Counted from the stretch's first letter, positions 14,363 to 28,325 are shown. The stretch: DNA of 64,000 nt from Bigelowiella natans CCMP2755 (GCA_000320545.1 ADNK01001780.1:1-64000); one strand, 5' to 3'. Numbers and translations are program-made. The notes: generated from the sequence alone by a model not told the origin.

Positions 14363-15093
14363 TACTTTTTTAAAAAATGCATCTGATGGATATTCGATGC
14401 ATTTTAATCCTGCTAATGTCCATCTACGATCTGGGTTAATTTGAATAGGAGTTGAAAAGATGTCACTGCGTTGTCCCAATGCGGAAAGGGACCGAAAGAG
14501 AGGTGCCGCTGTCGCGCTGCATTGACTAATGCTCCTATTTCCAATACAAATACTCACACGTCTTGCTAATTTATACTGGTGGTGTCGTGTGCCTATTTTC
14601 TTTTTTTTGTGGGGGGGGGGGGGGGGTAGATTGCACGGAGCTTATCAGGTGGATTGTGAGCAGTTTGGACAACGTCGATGAGGCGAGGATTTTGTCCGCA
14701 AAACTGCAAGGGAAAGAAGCAGAAGAGGGAGGAGGGAAAATGGAGGCAGCCAGAGCTAATTTTGGGAGTTTCCCCGTGCTTCCACATCCGGATTTTAAGG
14801 TGATGCGAACTATCGTATTCGCCATTAAGAAAGCGACATTCGCAGTAACAGTGCTGCTGCTGCCTCGTATGCATGATTAAGTAGCGGGTCTCTCTTGGTA
14901 GACCGCCCGATGTAGAGTGCGTTGTAACAGCACGCAGAGCTTTGATGCTGTGGCGGCAATGGCGCATATATTTCATGCGTTGAACGCCATGCTGATGATT
15001 TCGTTGTACGATGCTACACCAACAGGATAAAACGTGGGGCTATATCCTAGACCTTCTTGTCGCGAGGTGAGAAATTTCGATCTTGTAGTGGTT

Positions 15094-15126
<33 letters not shown>

Positions 15127-15269
15127 CCCCCTTGAGTATTCCGAGCAATTGAACATAGAGACTGCGACATCTCTTCTCTCCCCCCCTCCCTCTCCTCCTA
15201 TTGTCCTCTCCTACGTCCTCATCACATTCTCTTTCACGAAGAGTGCTAAAATACAAGTCACACTGCAAA

Positions 15270-15307
<38 letters not shown>

Positions 15308-16939
15308 GCTCTGTACACATACAAATACGCCCCCCCCCCAGCGAGGAGAAACGAACTGAAAACCTGCGCGCTCGCCAGCAACGACGACGGGAGGATAGGT
15401 AGAAGATGCCGACTAACAGCGACAAGCATCGACTCTGCGGCGTTCGCGATTTGCCATCATTGCAGTGTAGTAGACGCAATTACATTGGCGGTTGCTCGAT
15501 AATTATCTTCATGCTTCTCGCACCGTATACATGATATGTCTATTCATTCGTCCCCTACCACTACCACCAACCCCCCCCCCCCCCCCCCCCCTACCAGGGC
15601 AGCACGGCGTGAGCAGGTGGCACGTAAGAAACAGGAGAGGGATGAGAGACGGAAGCAGAGGCAGCAGGAGAACCAAGAGCGAGTACAACAAAGAGAGCGA
15701 CAAGGGGACGGGGGAGACGATGGGGACATGGAGCTGAAGAGGGGTGAAGAAAAAGAAGAAGCAGCATCTCACAACGAAGGCGCTGCTGATGAGAAGGAGG
15801 GTAGTAGTGAGGAAGAGAAAAAGGAGTCAACTTGCACCGGGAAGAAAGGAAATGGCGACGCAGAGGCGATGTCTGTGAATACTGCCAAGCAGGGGGGGGG
15901 CGACCACACAGAAGCAGCAGCAGCACCCCCGCCACCTAACGCCGACGGTGAAGACTATGAAGATGGGGATGACGATGGCATTGAGGACGTTTCCGATGTA
16001 CGTGATGCCATAGAGAAGAAGAAGAAGAAGAAGAAGAAGAAGAAGGCGAGCATGAGAAATAACGATTGCTAGATTGAGATCGAGTCGTTTGAGTACTGAA
16101 ACAGCACCATCCGTGCTGCTGCAGAGCAAGAATCAGCAGTGATTCCTCCCCCCCAAGAATCCTTCTTGCCACCTCGATTTTCACCATTTAACGTACACAT
16201 CATACCCGTTATAAGATGGTGCGATTATTTCTGTATAGAATGGCAATGACGTTGTGTGACACACGAGCCGTCGTGGGCAGTTGTGCACCAACAAACTGTG
16301 CTATCACTGAAAGACCTTATCTTGATCACTCAAAGGACACAACGGACGACGTGGAATTCGAGTCTGTCGCAGTGGACATGTAAGCGGATTTCGCGCTTTT
16401 GTAATCACCCGTCTCTGCCCTATATCTTGTGTTTTCCAGGAAGTCTATTCGAGTACTTGTTTTCTATTTTTGATAGTTTTTTTTTTTTTTTATGCTGATC
16501 TACGAAGGACGCGCTGCTAGCAAGTGTTTTCGATGAAGCCGCACGCAAATCGTGCACTTTCGCTTTCGAGCCACAGTCGAGCTCACTAATCACGCGTGTC
16601 TCTTTATCCTATGCATCTGTCATTTGTAATCGTAAGTGTGGTTTTGGTTTTCTCTTTCCCGTCCTCCTTCTGCTGCTGTCGTGGGCGGCCGCAGGTACCT
16701 TCGGCGTCTGGATGATCACGCCCAAGTGGTAGTAGCTGATTGTATTACTTTGCGGTGCTAACTAGAAGCATGATGACAATGAGAATGACGACGACGACGA
16801 TGATGATGATGATGATGGAGAATATGATGAAACGCTTGAATGTCGTCCACCATTTTTTATCCGTTCGGCCGGACGACACGACGGCACCGCAAACATTGGA
16901 ATATTACGATGAGTTATGGCAGCGCTGCTGGTTAAGCAA

Positions 16940-16984
<45 letters not shown>

Positions 16985-17761
16985 CACACGCACACATGGG
17001 CGGGTGCATATCGATGCAGGTTGTCCGCTCCCCGGTGCTTTACCAAACGCCTGATCTCGGGGTACTCTTACATGCGCCGCTGTGACTGGAAGAGGAGAAT
17101 GAATGAGAGTCATCAGCGAGACTTTCGATTAGCAAGCAATGTGACAAATCGCCGTTTGCGCATGAGCGATGTGTCATCATCGCATCACGGGGGCCTTTAT
17201 TTCTTACCATTTGTTCCGGGGTGGGGGGTGGGGAGGGCACATTGATTATAGGCTATAATTCAAAGATATATGCTGGTTTCTGGTTGTTAAAATGGGGTTT
17301 TGAATTCATGTAAAAGACATCTTTTCTCTCCTCCTCCTTCTCCTCCTCCCCCCTCTTCTCTATTCCTCTTCTGCCCTCACATTCACCTTCTTCAAAAGAT
17401 CGTGAAAGGCCATCGAGTGACAGCAGCAGCAGCAGCAGCAGCAACAACAACAACAACTTCGCCAAAACCTGAGAGCAGAGGTGTTGGTTCTTGCAGATGA
17501 TAATGATGAGATTTAACGAGGCGGGGACGGTGGTTGCTAGCTTTCTTGGGGCTCTTTTCCTCATCCCTCTTCGCCTGCCTACATGAAGTATTGACGTGTT
17601 ATTTCTTGCAGATAATGAGGAGAAGAACAGCAGAGCAAGTAGTAGTAGCAGTAGTAGTAGTGACAACACGAAACATCAGTCCGTTCAAGTGCGCACATTA
17701 AGAGGAATCGTTACCATTAAGGTAGCGGCGCCCTGTTTTATCAGTAGAACTGGCAGTGGTC

Positions 17762-17794
<33 letters not shown>

Positions 17795-17984
17795 AAGTGG
17801 GGAGGAGGGGGGGAAGGGGAGGGGGGAAAGAGTGCGTGGGGATTAAAATGGTGATTCATTTACGTATTTGTGAAGGACCATGTTCCACGTTTTTGCATGC
17901 AGTGATCAGTTTCATTGTGTGCTGATGTATGATGGCGAGGTAGGTGTGAGTGCGCGTCTGTGTGTGTGTGTGTGCACGCGCGTC

Positions 17985-18028
<44 letters not shown>

Positions 18029-18061
18029 ACACACAAACACACACACACACACACACACACA

Positions 18062-18102
<41 letters not shown>

Positions 18103-18565
18103 GCGGTTACTATGGATTTAGTTATCTGTTTCCTACTCAGCTTGCAAGCCAGACGGAGATATCAGAGCTAAAGGCGATTTTGGTCAAGTCTCACGGTAGT
18201 AGAGGCATGTGGCGGTGCTAGTGTAGTCATTTCTTTCTTTATACAATTAAAGGAGGAGGTGCAGTAATCGTTTCGCATTTTGACAGCAAAGTGATTATTT
18301 AGCTATCCTTCACGATAGCGTGACGCTGTAGTTAAATGATTGGGTTGTTCGAGTGCGTAGGTGAGCTTAGGCATGCTAGATAGACGTGCTGCAGGAGACC
18401 AAAAACCAACGGGCTGATTTCGAAGGTGTTGTTGTTTGTCTGTTGTAATTGCGGTAGGGGTAGCGTCCGGATTTGTGCTGGTATATCCCCAGGTAACACG
18501 AGAAATATTGAAGCAAGCTCTCAAGAGAGAGGAAAGAGCTGGGGCGGGGGGGGGGGGTCTGGAAG

Positions 18566-18600
<35 letters not shown>

Positions 18601-19402
18601 CGTGTTTATATGTGGGGGGGGGTGTATTCTGCCTCGATCACCTGCTCCTTCTTTTTCTCTCCTCCTCCTGATGTGCTCATTAACTATTCCTCCTCCTCCT
18701 CCTGCTGCAGCATGGGTTTCTCCACCCCAAGATGAGGCTCGGTGGGCTTATTTAGTTAGTAGTGTGTATCATCCATTCAGTCAGTCAGGCAGTCAGTCTG
18801 CTGTCTGTGTATGTGTGTGTGTTTGTGTGTGTGTGTGAGTGTGAGTGCCGTCCTTCTAAGGGATGAAATCTTCGATGGCAATTGACGACATTATCATCGT
18901 GCAATGGATGAAAGATGCTTAGACGAGGATCTCTCCCTCTCTCTCTTCCTCTTTCTCTTCCTCTCTCTCCCTCTCTCTTGCTTCTGATGTGTGTGTGTGT
19001 GTGTGTGTTTCCTCTCCCTCCCCTCCGGTTGTCGCCGTTTTCCCTTGCACCGATGCTTATCGCAGATGATATGCTCCTTCCTGACGACGCTATGCTCTTT
19101 GTCATGCCTCATGCGAATCCTGAAGGTAGTAGTGGCTAGGAGGAATAGCGTGTGTGTGTGTGTGTGTGTGTGTGTTAGTGTGCGCGCGCGCGCGCGCTGC
19201 TGTTTGTTGTATTGCGCGTCTATTCGAATTTTTCGATCTGCGACAGCTATGATTTTTTGTTTGTACCCGCCCTCCAATTCCTAAACGTGGTCTGTCCGTG
19301 GATCTTGTTGCTACAGCAATGGAGTCGCAGCATGGACCGTGGTATCTCGACAAGCAGACACAAATCAAGGTCAACAGGAGGAATCCAAGCCACGACAAGT
19401 AG
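12786..19402 (+). CDS. Large multi-exon protein: N-terminal CS (p23/NudC-like HSP20-fold) domain, charged middle region, C-terminal ubiquitin-like domain; may be two genes
   Basis: CSWEQTIT|EIVVKVSIP..ELYDM|VHCDASTWTM..|LEISLSKVIPGWWPRPF fits the CS-domain consensus. Phase-consistent 3' exons give VQVRTLRGIVTIK|LASQTEISELKAILVKSH|GVASGFVLVYPQ|HGFLHPKMRL|DDMLLPDDAMLFVMP, which resembles a ubiquitin fold. The middle exons are only partly resolved. Confidence 0.55.
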
Positions 19403-19522
19403 TATATAGGCGTATTCTACCATCATGTTGTTCAGCGATGATGCTCGATGTCTTAATGTAGTACATTATTCACATGTAGTATGCAATGTGCCTCAAGATG
19501 TTCAGCCCATAGTTGAATTACG

Positions 19523-19593
19523 CATGTACAACGCATGGCGCCATCAAAGCGCCCATTGATTGCAAAGATAAAGGCCGCCATGCGTTGTACATG
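19523..19593. repeat. Perfect 18-bp inverted repeat with a 35-nt loop
   Basis: catgtacaacgcatggcg (19523-19540) and its reverse complement cgccatgcgttgtacatg (19576-19593), in the spacer between two convergent genes. Confidence 0.85.
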
Positions 19594-19853
19594 TCATGAC
19601 GGCGCGTATAATATATAGTTAGTTTTTCGCTGACACTCATGTTCCAGCTCACATTTCAAGATATGCTGGCAAATGCTGGCTGTATAGCTTGAAAGCTCTG
19701 CCCACTTCTCATTTTATTTGACATACTCTCCAAATGCGCGTCACTCGTATCACTATACGATGCATGCAATCCCATGGTGCGTGGTAGTAATAGACGTACA
19801 TGGGGCGAACAACCGTACCGAGTACATGATCCCAGATTATACACTAAAACACA

Positions 19854-20043
19854 TCACAATTCGTCTGCTGTTTTTCTGTTTGGGTTGCTCTGCTTTCTTT
19901 TTCTCCTTGCAGAAGGCCGAGTTCTTCCAGATCTAGTGCCGCTGCCTGCATATGAATCCACAAGCACAAAACACAGCTGAGGCACTGCCTCTCTTACGCG
20001 CTCATACCGGATACGTTTCTACACACACACACACACACATTCT

Positions 20044-20091
<48 letters not shown>

Positions 20092-22003
20092 CTCGGAATA
20101 AGGGCTGCTTCTCAAATGAATACAACCATCCGCTTTCTAGTAGCTGCTTTACCTTCTGTGCGATCTGACCCCGCCCTGCTATTCTTCCTCTCCGAGTCGA
20201 GGCTCTTCAGCGTTTCATAAGCTTCCTGTACCTCTTCAAAGTTGCGTGCGCACTCTTCCTTGGGGAGCTTGCACTTGTCTGCGGAGCGACATGAGAATAT
20301 ATGAGAGTATGCGAGAAACATCCCATGACGGTGATAATGATGATGATGGTATCAATACACAAGGAATAATACAGCGTGATGAGATCCACCCCCCCTCTCC
20401 TTACCATCATCACAACTGCGAGACTAATGACCTGGATGGTACTTGAGAACAGCGCTGCGGTATGCCTTCTTCACTGCATTCATTGAGGACCCCTCCGCCA
20501 GCCCAAGAACCTGTCAACCATCGAGGCAAATGAGAAGGGGGGGAAGGTGCCGTGCGTACTCAGCTGTGTGCGTTTCTATTCCAAAATGGGGTCGAGGACG
20601 ATAATACTAATACTAACAATAACAATAACGATAGTGGTAATAATAAAAACCATTTTTAATCGAAGAATGATTGCACAAAGGACGAAGACGATGGCGATGA
20701 GGAGGATGTTGTGCATGAGTTGGGAAGAAGAACCATGGAAGGCGCATAATGTACTCTCTACTTCGAACACACCACTCAAATGATGCGCGTGCAGAAGTAG
20801 AAAGGCAGCGCAGCATCAGCAGCCCCTTCCACCACTCAATCATGCTGCTGCTGCTGCTACTACTACTACTACTACTACTTCTACTACCACCGCCACTACT
20901 AGATAATGATAAATATGATACTCAGTCTCCGAGGCCCACCACTATAACTACTACCACCTTGAACGCATTGCTCTCCCCCTTTACATCCATGGCCTTTATA
21001 AATTCATCCCACAAGGTCCTCCACCCGTTGTGCTGTATGTGCGTGTGCAGCTGCGCCATCACTTGGATAAAGTCCTGCACGGCGGGAGACCGGTAGATAT
21101 TCTTCAGGTGGTCACGTACCTTGATCGTTTCCTCTAATCGGCGATGTAAAAAAAGGGGGGGGGGGGGGGGGCGCAGGATGAGGGAAGAAAGTATGTTTTT
21201 ATCCGTGATGACAATGTGTCAAAAGGCATGGCAACGAAAACGCGCGACTGCCGCTTTGATGAATGGGCGCTACTTCCCTAGCTAGAGCTTTCTTACAGAT
21301 CAATATCATCATCATCATCATCATCATCATCTTTCATCGTCATCATTATTAGTGGTGGTATCAATCATCACCTCTTCCTAGATCATCATGCGAAATGGTG
21401 ATTGTAGCATTAAACCACACGAACGACAGGAACAACGCCAGAATCAAAGCCCTGTCGTCGTCCAAATAACATGAGAAGAGGTGACAATGAACGATCGATG
21501 GCGGGGGGGGAGGGGGAGGGAACGAGTGCTAGTAAGTAATTCACAGATCCGAAACAAAGAGGCAGCAACGATTTGGGCCCGCAATCTTAGCTAAAATCTC
21601 GCGTGATGCAAAATTATGTTGGAGATAGTTTCTTTCTATTTCGATGCGCCGTCAGCGCACACACTACCCCTTCAAGAAGTGAACGACAGTCGTTCTGGTG
21701 ACTCCGCCCCTAGCATAGGACGAAATAGAGCGCGGCTGCTCGTTTTCTATCTTCCATTGTCTTTTGAGTCGATTATACATAGGAAGTGAGGAGGGGACAT
21801 GAATGGGTGGTTATTGTTGGGAAAATGGCAAATAAGCAGAATCTCGAAAAGCAGCATTTCAACCCGACACCCCATCCTCTTCTCGTTTCTGCACGGCGGA
21901 GCATATGATTCCAGAGCAATGATATTGAAACTTGATGGGAAATTGTCCTGCTCATGACGGTATTTGCCTCCGATGACCGATACATCCCGTACAACAGGAC
22001 ATA

Positions 22004-22067
<64 letters not shown>

Positions 22068-22919
22068 TGTTCGTGTTTTCGCTCCTGCGTGGAATGGTGA
22101 CCGACCGTGTGTACGAGAAAACGTTGATTGGCATTACGATGTAGTACACCCATCCCCATCCGGAATCCGCAATCATATTGATTACCTCACCTGCGAGGGG
22201 GGAAGTGAAGAATTCGTATGCGGCAACATTAAAAGAGCGGAGCGCCAGGTCTCACGTTCGGTCATCGCAGAGTAAATCATTTGTGTATTTTCAAATCTCA
22301 GTCCTTTTCACACAAATGCATTTTTGAAATCCGTTGTGCAAGACCATGATTTCGACGTCCATTGCAACAATAGTTTTCCCTACATCTTCATCACTGACCT
22401 AGGATGGCAGCTAGGAAGGTCATCGTGAAGGCCCCGCCGCTCTGAAAGATGGGCGTTCGAGATCAGTAAATCTGCTACGAGAAGATGAAAAGTTGACAAA
22501 ATTTTGTTGTGTTTGCTGTGTGGTTTTTCCATTGCTACTGCTCTCTGAGTTCTCCTTGTGATGTTCTAATGATACCCGTCCGTTGTTGCCGACGAGATAG
22601 ATGCCGATCGCTGTGCCCAATGCACATGGAACAATCAGGATGAACGTCTTCAACTCCGGGTCAAGGTACTCTTCAGGTATGGCGCCCGAGATAAGTAAGC
22701 GGAGATATACTATGTGAAAGAAGACACATGACGGTGACACATGCTGTATTACGCGGAATGGATGAGGGGACCGATCCGATGTAATGTGCTAGGAGAGAGC
22801 TAGTGCTCACTGATATTACTCGCGAAAAAGAAGGAACCGAAAGCCTGCGCCCAGGTTCCACGGGGCTTTTCCTCGTCCTTAGGTTCTGCGATTTAGTTAA
22901 ACGTGCGTACGATTGACAA

Positions 22920-22951
<32 letters not shown>

Positions 22952-23376
22952 AATTATGATGATGACGATGATGATGACGTCAACGACGACAGTGACCCGT
23001 TGCTGTTAACGAGAAACAGGCAAAGGGGAAGCAGCCGTGTGGAATAATCGAAAAAGAGATCGACCGAAGACTGTGTTGGCCTCATGCACGTAGTCATGTA
23101 TGTAGAAGAAGTCGCGGACCCAACCGATACCGAACCCCCCGAAACTTATCAGCCATAGAAAAGCTTGATTTGGCCTCCCCTGTGGTGTTAGCGCCAAATA
23201 TTACGTTCCGGGGTGTCATCATCGAGGGATGCTTTGCAGTCTTTTTACACCGACACACCCAAATACTTCGCAAAGGATAATGATTCGTATTGATGTTCCC
23301 ATACCATATACAGGTGGTGCAGGCCAAACATGCCGAAGGTCATCCAGAGCAGGTAGGCCGTGCAGATAGACGCCAT
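19854..23376 (-). CDS. DNAJC22: DNAJC22/Wurst-like protein: N-terminal TM2 domain, membrane region, C-terminal J-domain; multi-exon
   Basis: MASICTAYLLWMTFGMFGLHHLYM|GRPNQAFLWLISFGGFGIGWVRDF is a TM2 domain. VLGLAEGSSMNAVKKAYRSAVLKYHP|DKCK..FEEVQEAYETL is a J-domain with HPD. The last exon ends RKTADEL*. Confidence 0.88.
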
Positions 23377-23700
23377 TATTCTGTGCAGATCAGTTCACAC
23401 GTCAGGTCTGACTTCCGGAGATCGCACCACAAATCCGCAAAAAGCATGCGATTTTATAAGAAAATTATCGCAAATCCTGTGACGCGATTCCGGAACGGCA
23501 CCGGGCAACATTTTCAGGCAAATCAAGCGCCAAATGATTCGGAAAAACAAATCATCTTTTGCTTTTTTTTAGATCTACTTTTTTATTTTTTGAATAGGAA
23601 GCAGAACGGCCGAAATTCCATGCGGTTTTTAACGAAATACACCCGCAAAACAATTGTCGCAAGGAGACATCCATCTTTCTGTTGGTCGACCTCGTTCGTC
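23377..23700. promoter_or_regulatory. Probable bidirectional promoter between the DNAJC22-like and sulfite-oxidase-family genes
   Basis: Only 324 bp separate two divergent ATGs. No specific cis-element was identified. Confidence 0.5.
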
Positions 23701-25071
23701 ATGGCAGCCGCTCTTCGGGCTGCTCGGAGTTTCCTCCTTGCACGATTAGCGACGCCTAGACTAATCATTTCTGCAGGGAAAAGGAGGAGGATGATCCCAC
23801 CTATTATACTTGCAGGCGCCATAACCTCATGGGCTGCGACCCACGAAAAGACGAGTGCTAAGCAAGCCTTCCCTGTTTTTACAGAAGAGGATGTCTCAAG
23901 GTAATGGTTAACCGCGCGTGTTCAGATGAGCTCGAAAGAAAGCGAGAGTGGGTCAATCAACACATTTCCTCTTTTTCCCCGCTCTCGATAGGCATGACGG
24001 GAAAAGTCACCCGGAGATGTGGGTGAGCTTCCAGGGGCACGTCTACGACATTACAGATTTTGTTCGTGAGCATCCTGGGGGAAAGATGATCATCGATGCT
24101 GTCGGGGGGCCATTGGAACCATATTGGGGCTACTGGGCCTATCATCTCAAGGTCAAGAAGCCTAGAGAATGGCTTGCTAAGTTCCGAATTGGGAAGCTTC
24201 AGCTGGCTGAAAGCGTGGAGGAGGGGGAGGAGGGAACTACGGCTCTTGTAGATCTTGAAACGAATGAGTTGGACTTCTACACCGATGATCCACATCGAGA
24301 TCAAATGGTCCACGATGTGATCATTGACCGACCTTTCTGCAGCCAATCGAGGCCTGAAGTGCTCGGGAACGCACGAATAACAAAGGCAGATGACCTCTAC
24401 GTCAGAAATCACGCTCCAGTACCTCATGTGGACCCCGACACCCACAAGTGAGAGCATTTCACATTTTTTTTCCCTCCCCAGAACAGGAAAGCCCTTGGCA
24501 TTGGGAAATGCCAGTGGTTTTTGAATGTAATGCAGGCGGTTTATTCGGCCGTTCTTCGCAATTCCCCGTACCCTATAAATCGGTCGGCAGATGGAGAAAT
24601 TATTTTATTATTATTATTGTTAATTCCATTTTCTCCTCCCTCTCCTTCTTCTAACTATCCTGCTACCGACCACTACCCACTGCGCACAGTGCAATGATGA
24701 TTCGCCCCAGCGGGCTAAGAAGTGGTCTGTACTGCTTGTAGGATCGCGATAGAAGGGCATGATGGAACCGTATTTGCTGCCGTTGGCCTCGCAGAGATAT
24801 TCGGACGCAGAGAAGGGAAAAGGGAAAGAGATCAGAGCAGCAGCAGCAGCAGCAGCAGCAAATACCCACGGGTGGCGTTCGAATCCGTGATCCAATGCGC
24901 TGGAAACCGAGCGTCGGAAATGATTGCCTCTCATGAGCGCAAGGCCCAACCGATCTTCAAGAACCATCCTTTCGAGAAGATTTCCATTGGAATGATGGGG
25001 AACGTTGAGTGGAGCGGGTATGTGATGTGCGGTCATGACAGGGCTATCGATTTTTAGATGCGTTTGTGCGT

Positions 25072-25103
<32 letters not shown>

Positions 25104-26649
25104 AGAAAATACACCATTATGTAATACACACACATTTTTTAAATATCACAAATACTACTGTGCAGGGTATTGCTAGCGGATATCTTAGAGGATGTGGTCC
25201 CGGGAGTCAGTAAGGTGCTGTGATGCCGTCACAGCAATCAGCAACCCTATTGGTTGAAGATTCTGTGCCCATACAATCATCATCAACATCGTCATCATTA
25301 TGATCAATATCCTCTTGCTCTGCACCCTACCCATTATCATCATTTCCTCCATCGTTGTCATCATCATTATCATCATCATCATCATCACCGTCATTGTTAT
25401 GTTGTTGCATGCATGCACGTAGATGCAAGGAATGCACGTCGTCTTCTCAGGGGTAGACGGATACGAGACGAGCACCCCGATTGAGCGCATATTAGATAGA
25501 TCCTGCGGGGCTATTCTTGCGGACAAAATAAATGGAAAGTACGAAGATTTCCAACACGCGTAGCTCACACACACTCACACTCACACTCACACACACGCTC
25601 ACACCTTCTACTTGAAATGAGCACGTTAATGGACCATTTGAAACTAGGCCTAGGCGCATCGAAGCCGAGTATGTGTTGATGATGATAGATGTTGCTGCTG
25701 ATACGATGGGTTGGCTGATCAGACCGCTTCCGCTCGACCATGGATATCCGGTTCGCGTATTTCTGCCAGGAATAGCCGGGGCACGAAGGTGATTGGTGAT
25801 GGTGGCGACGTTGGTGCAAATCCAATAATATTCACTTTCCACGCCATATTTTATGAACACGCCGCATGTGCTAGGCCAGCAAATCCTCCCGAATATAATC
25901 ATATGCGATGTTGTCGTCGTATTCTTCTTCTTCGTCACCCCCCCCCCTTCTCCCCTCCTGTTTCTCCCACCCCCCGATTCAGTGTGAAGTGGCTTCATAA
26001 CATCCGTTTGTCTCCGCGTGAGTGTGAGTCTACATGGCAGCGAAACTACTACAAGGAGGCCGGGGGGCGGCAGTCCATTCAGGAACTCCCACACCAATCT
26101 CTTATCCTCTCCCATCACCTCCCCGTGGACAAGTCCTCGATTGAACTGGGAGGCATCGCCTGGGGGGGGGGGAGCGGTGAACGCGTCTCGAGAGTGGAGG
26201 TGTCATTGGACGATGGAGCGACGTGGGTCCCCGCCCGGCTACAGAATCATGTACAAGATCCATCATATCAGGCGTATTCTTTCTGAGAAGTAAATATGTC
26301 TGTTTCTTTGCTATCCACACACACTTAGAGCGGGAAGCCAGGGAGAGAAGGTGACGAGTGCAAAAGCTCGCTGCAGCAGGGACAGCAGCCGCTTTCAGGC
26401 GGCAAACACTGGGGATGGAGCCAATGGCGTGCTTCTGTCCCATTAGCGAATAATAGCCAGAGTAACAATAACGGCACTTCTACTCAAGCACAGCCCAAGC
26501 TCTATGAAGTGATGTGTAGGTCATTCGATAGCAACGGTGTTTGTCAGCCAAGAGCGCCTTGGAACCCTAAAGGATACCTTTATAACGGATGGCATACAAT
26601 CCGCCTGCCTGCTACTGCTGCTGCCAATGAGACGTCCAAACAATTCTAA
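23701..26649 (+). CDS. SUOX: Sulfite-oxidase-family molybdoenzyme with N-terminal cytochrome b5 domain and mitochondrial-type presequence; multi-exon
   Basis: Arg/Ala-rich leader; b5 domain WVSFQGHVYDITDFVREHPGG..YWAYH; Moco domain YVRNHAPVP, IQCAGNR, GNVEWSG, PLPLDHGYPVRVFLPGIAGAR|SVKWL; dimerisation domain GIAWGGGSGERVSRVEVSLDDGATW and WNPKGYLYNGWH. Confidence 0.92.
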
Positions 26650-27472
26650 TGGGGTTGGGCTGGTTAGTCTGAAGCACGGGTGTCGATCAGCCTGTCAGCA
26701 ACAAATCAGCATTAGTTTTCAATATGACAAGCACATGTGAAAGCTACCGTAATCCATCACCAACTATCTTATGAAGTATACTTCTGCACTATCTCGCTCT
26801 ATTTACTGATTTTAGGGAATCAGCGGTATTTACAGAATAAAGGCTTACTTGGCGATGTGAAATGTCTACATGTCTTGAGTACGTCATGATGGCTCTGCCA
26901 CTGCATTGCTGAATCGCTCCTTGTTAATGGCTGACAGTCATCATTACAGTATGTACGTGTGCATGAGACATAGCATCGATCATATATATTTTGCAGGTAG
27001 GTAAATCTCATTTATGCTGCATGCATGTGCTCATTGTGCATGCAGGGGGCAGCAGCAGTCGGGACGTCAATCGAAGCAGCGTAAGAATGGACAGTAGCGC
27101 GTAGCGCAAGTTTGGCTGCCGTTTGGACCTAACGTACTTGCGTGCTACTTATTATTCTACTAGCTAATGTTGACTGAACAATTCATGACCACGCTGCGTC
27201 GCAACGTGACCGTCCGTTCTCACGCACTGCCTGCCTCGCATCAAATTTATGATGTTGATCAATGTTGACGATAAACTAGCGTAGCAAGAAGTGCATTGTT
27301 AAACGAGTACTGCGAGCATTGTGCTGAGCTATGCAATTTCTTTAAGCAGAGTTAGTATAGACGCCTGCTACTGCGCACGCGCAATGAGCGAAGACATGCT
27401 AGCATGTAAAGGCCACGTGATGACGTTTATATCTCTACGGTGCGATAAAATGTTCGATGGCTCTCATAGACT

Positions 27473-27582
27473 TTATGCCTTCTTCCTCTTAAAGCTCCAG
27501 GTGACTGCGCAAGTGGCTACCAGATCATCATGCTTGTCACGCATCTCGGCATCAACCTACCATTATACATATCACACACACG

Positions 27583-27618
<36 letters not shown>

Positions 27619-28288
27619 ATACATAGATGTAAAAATATTGCATATTAAATCATACAATGAGGACGGTAGAGGATATTCGAATGGTCTTTCGCCTCCCCCT
27701 CGCCTGCCATTTGAAGAATCATTCATTGGTACATGCGTCTTCCTCTCCCACCTTCAATTCCATAGTATCGTCCAGCTTCTTCAATTGCTCAAGAGTTTGC
27801 TCTTTGAAAGAACATTTACACCTAATTATAGCCCACGTGAAAGTTACGTATTTTTGCCTATTCTGTGCATTATCTTTTCATACAAGGACCAACAAAGGGC
27901 CGCATGAGGGTGGAATACATACTTACGTTATCTTCCCTCGGGATTTCTTTTTGTATGAGCAGTCAACGCGAATAGGAATCCCTTTCACTGCAACAAACAC
28001 ACGCGGCAAACATCTGAAGACAACCAACATGAGCAGAAGAATCTGGTCATCAACCAACCTCCTTTGAGCGTTTGCAGCATGCTCATTGTTGCCAGCCCAG
28101 AACACAGCTCTCCCAGATTTGCTAGGGCGATCGCGTGAATAGAGGAGAACGGGTTTCGCAGCCAGGGACTGTACACACGGCAGCACACGTGAAAACGAAG
28201 AAGCAAGGGGGAATGAAGGGGGGGGACCCAAACATAGTTGTTCCCATATGCATAATAACTTTTTCACCCAGCTCGTAATGCTCAATTT

Positions 28289-28325
<37 letters not shown>

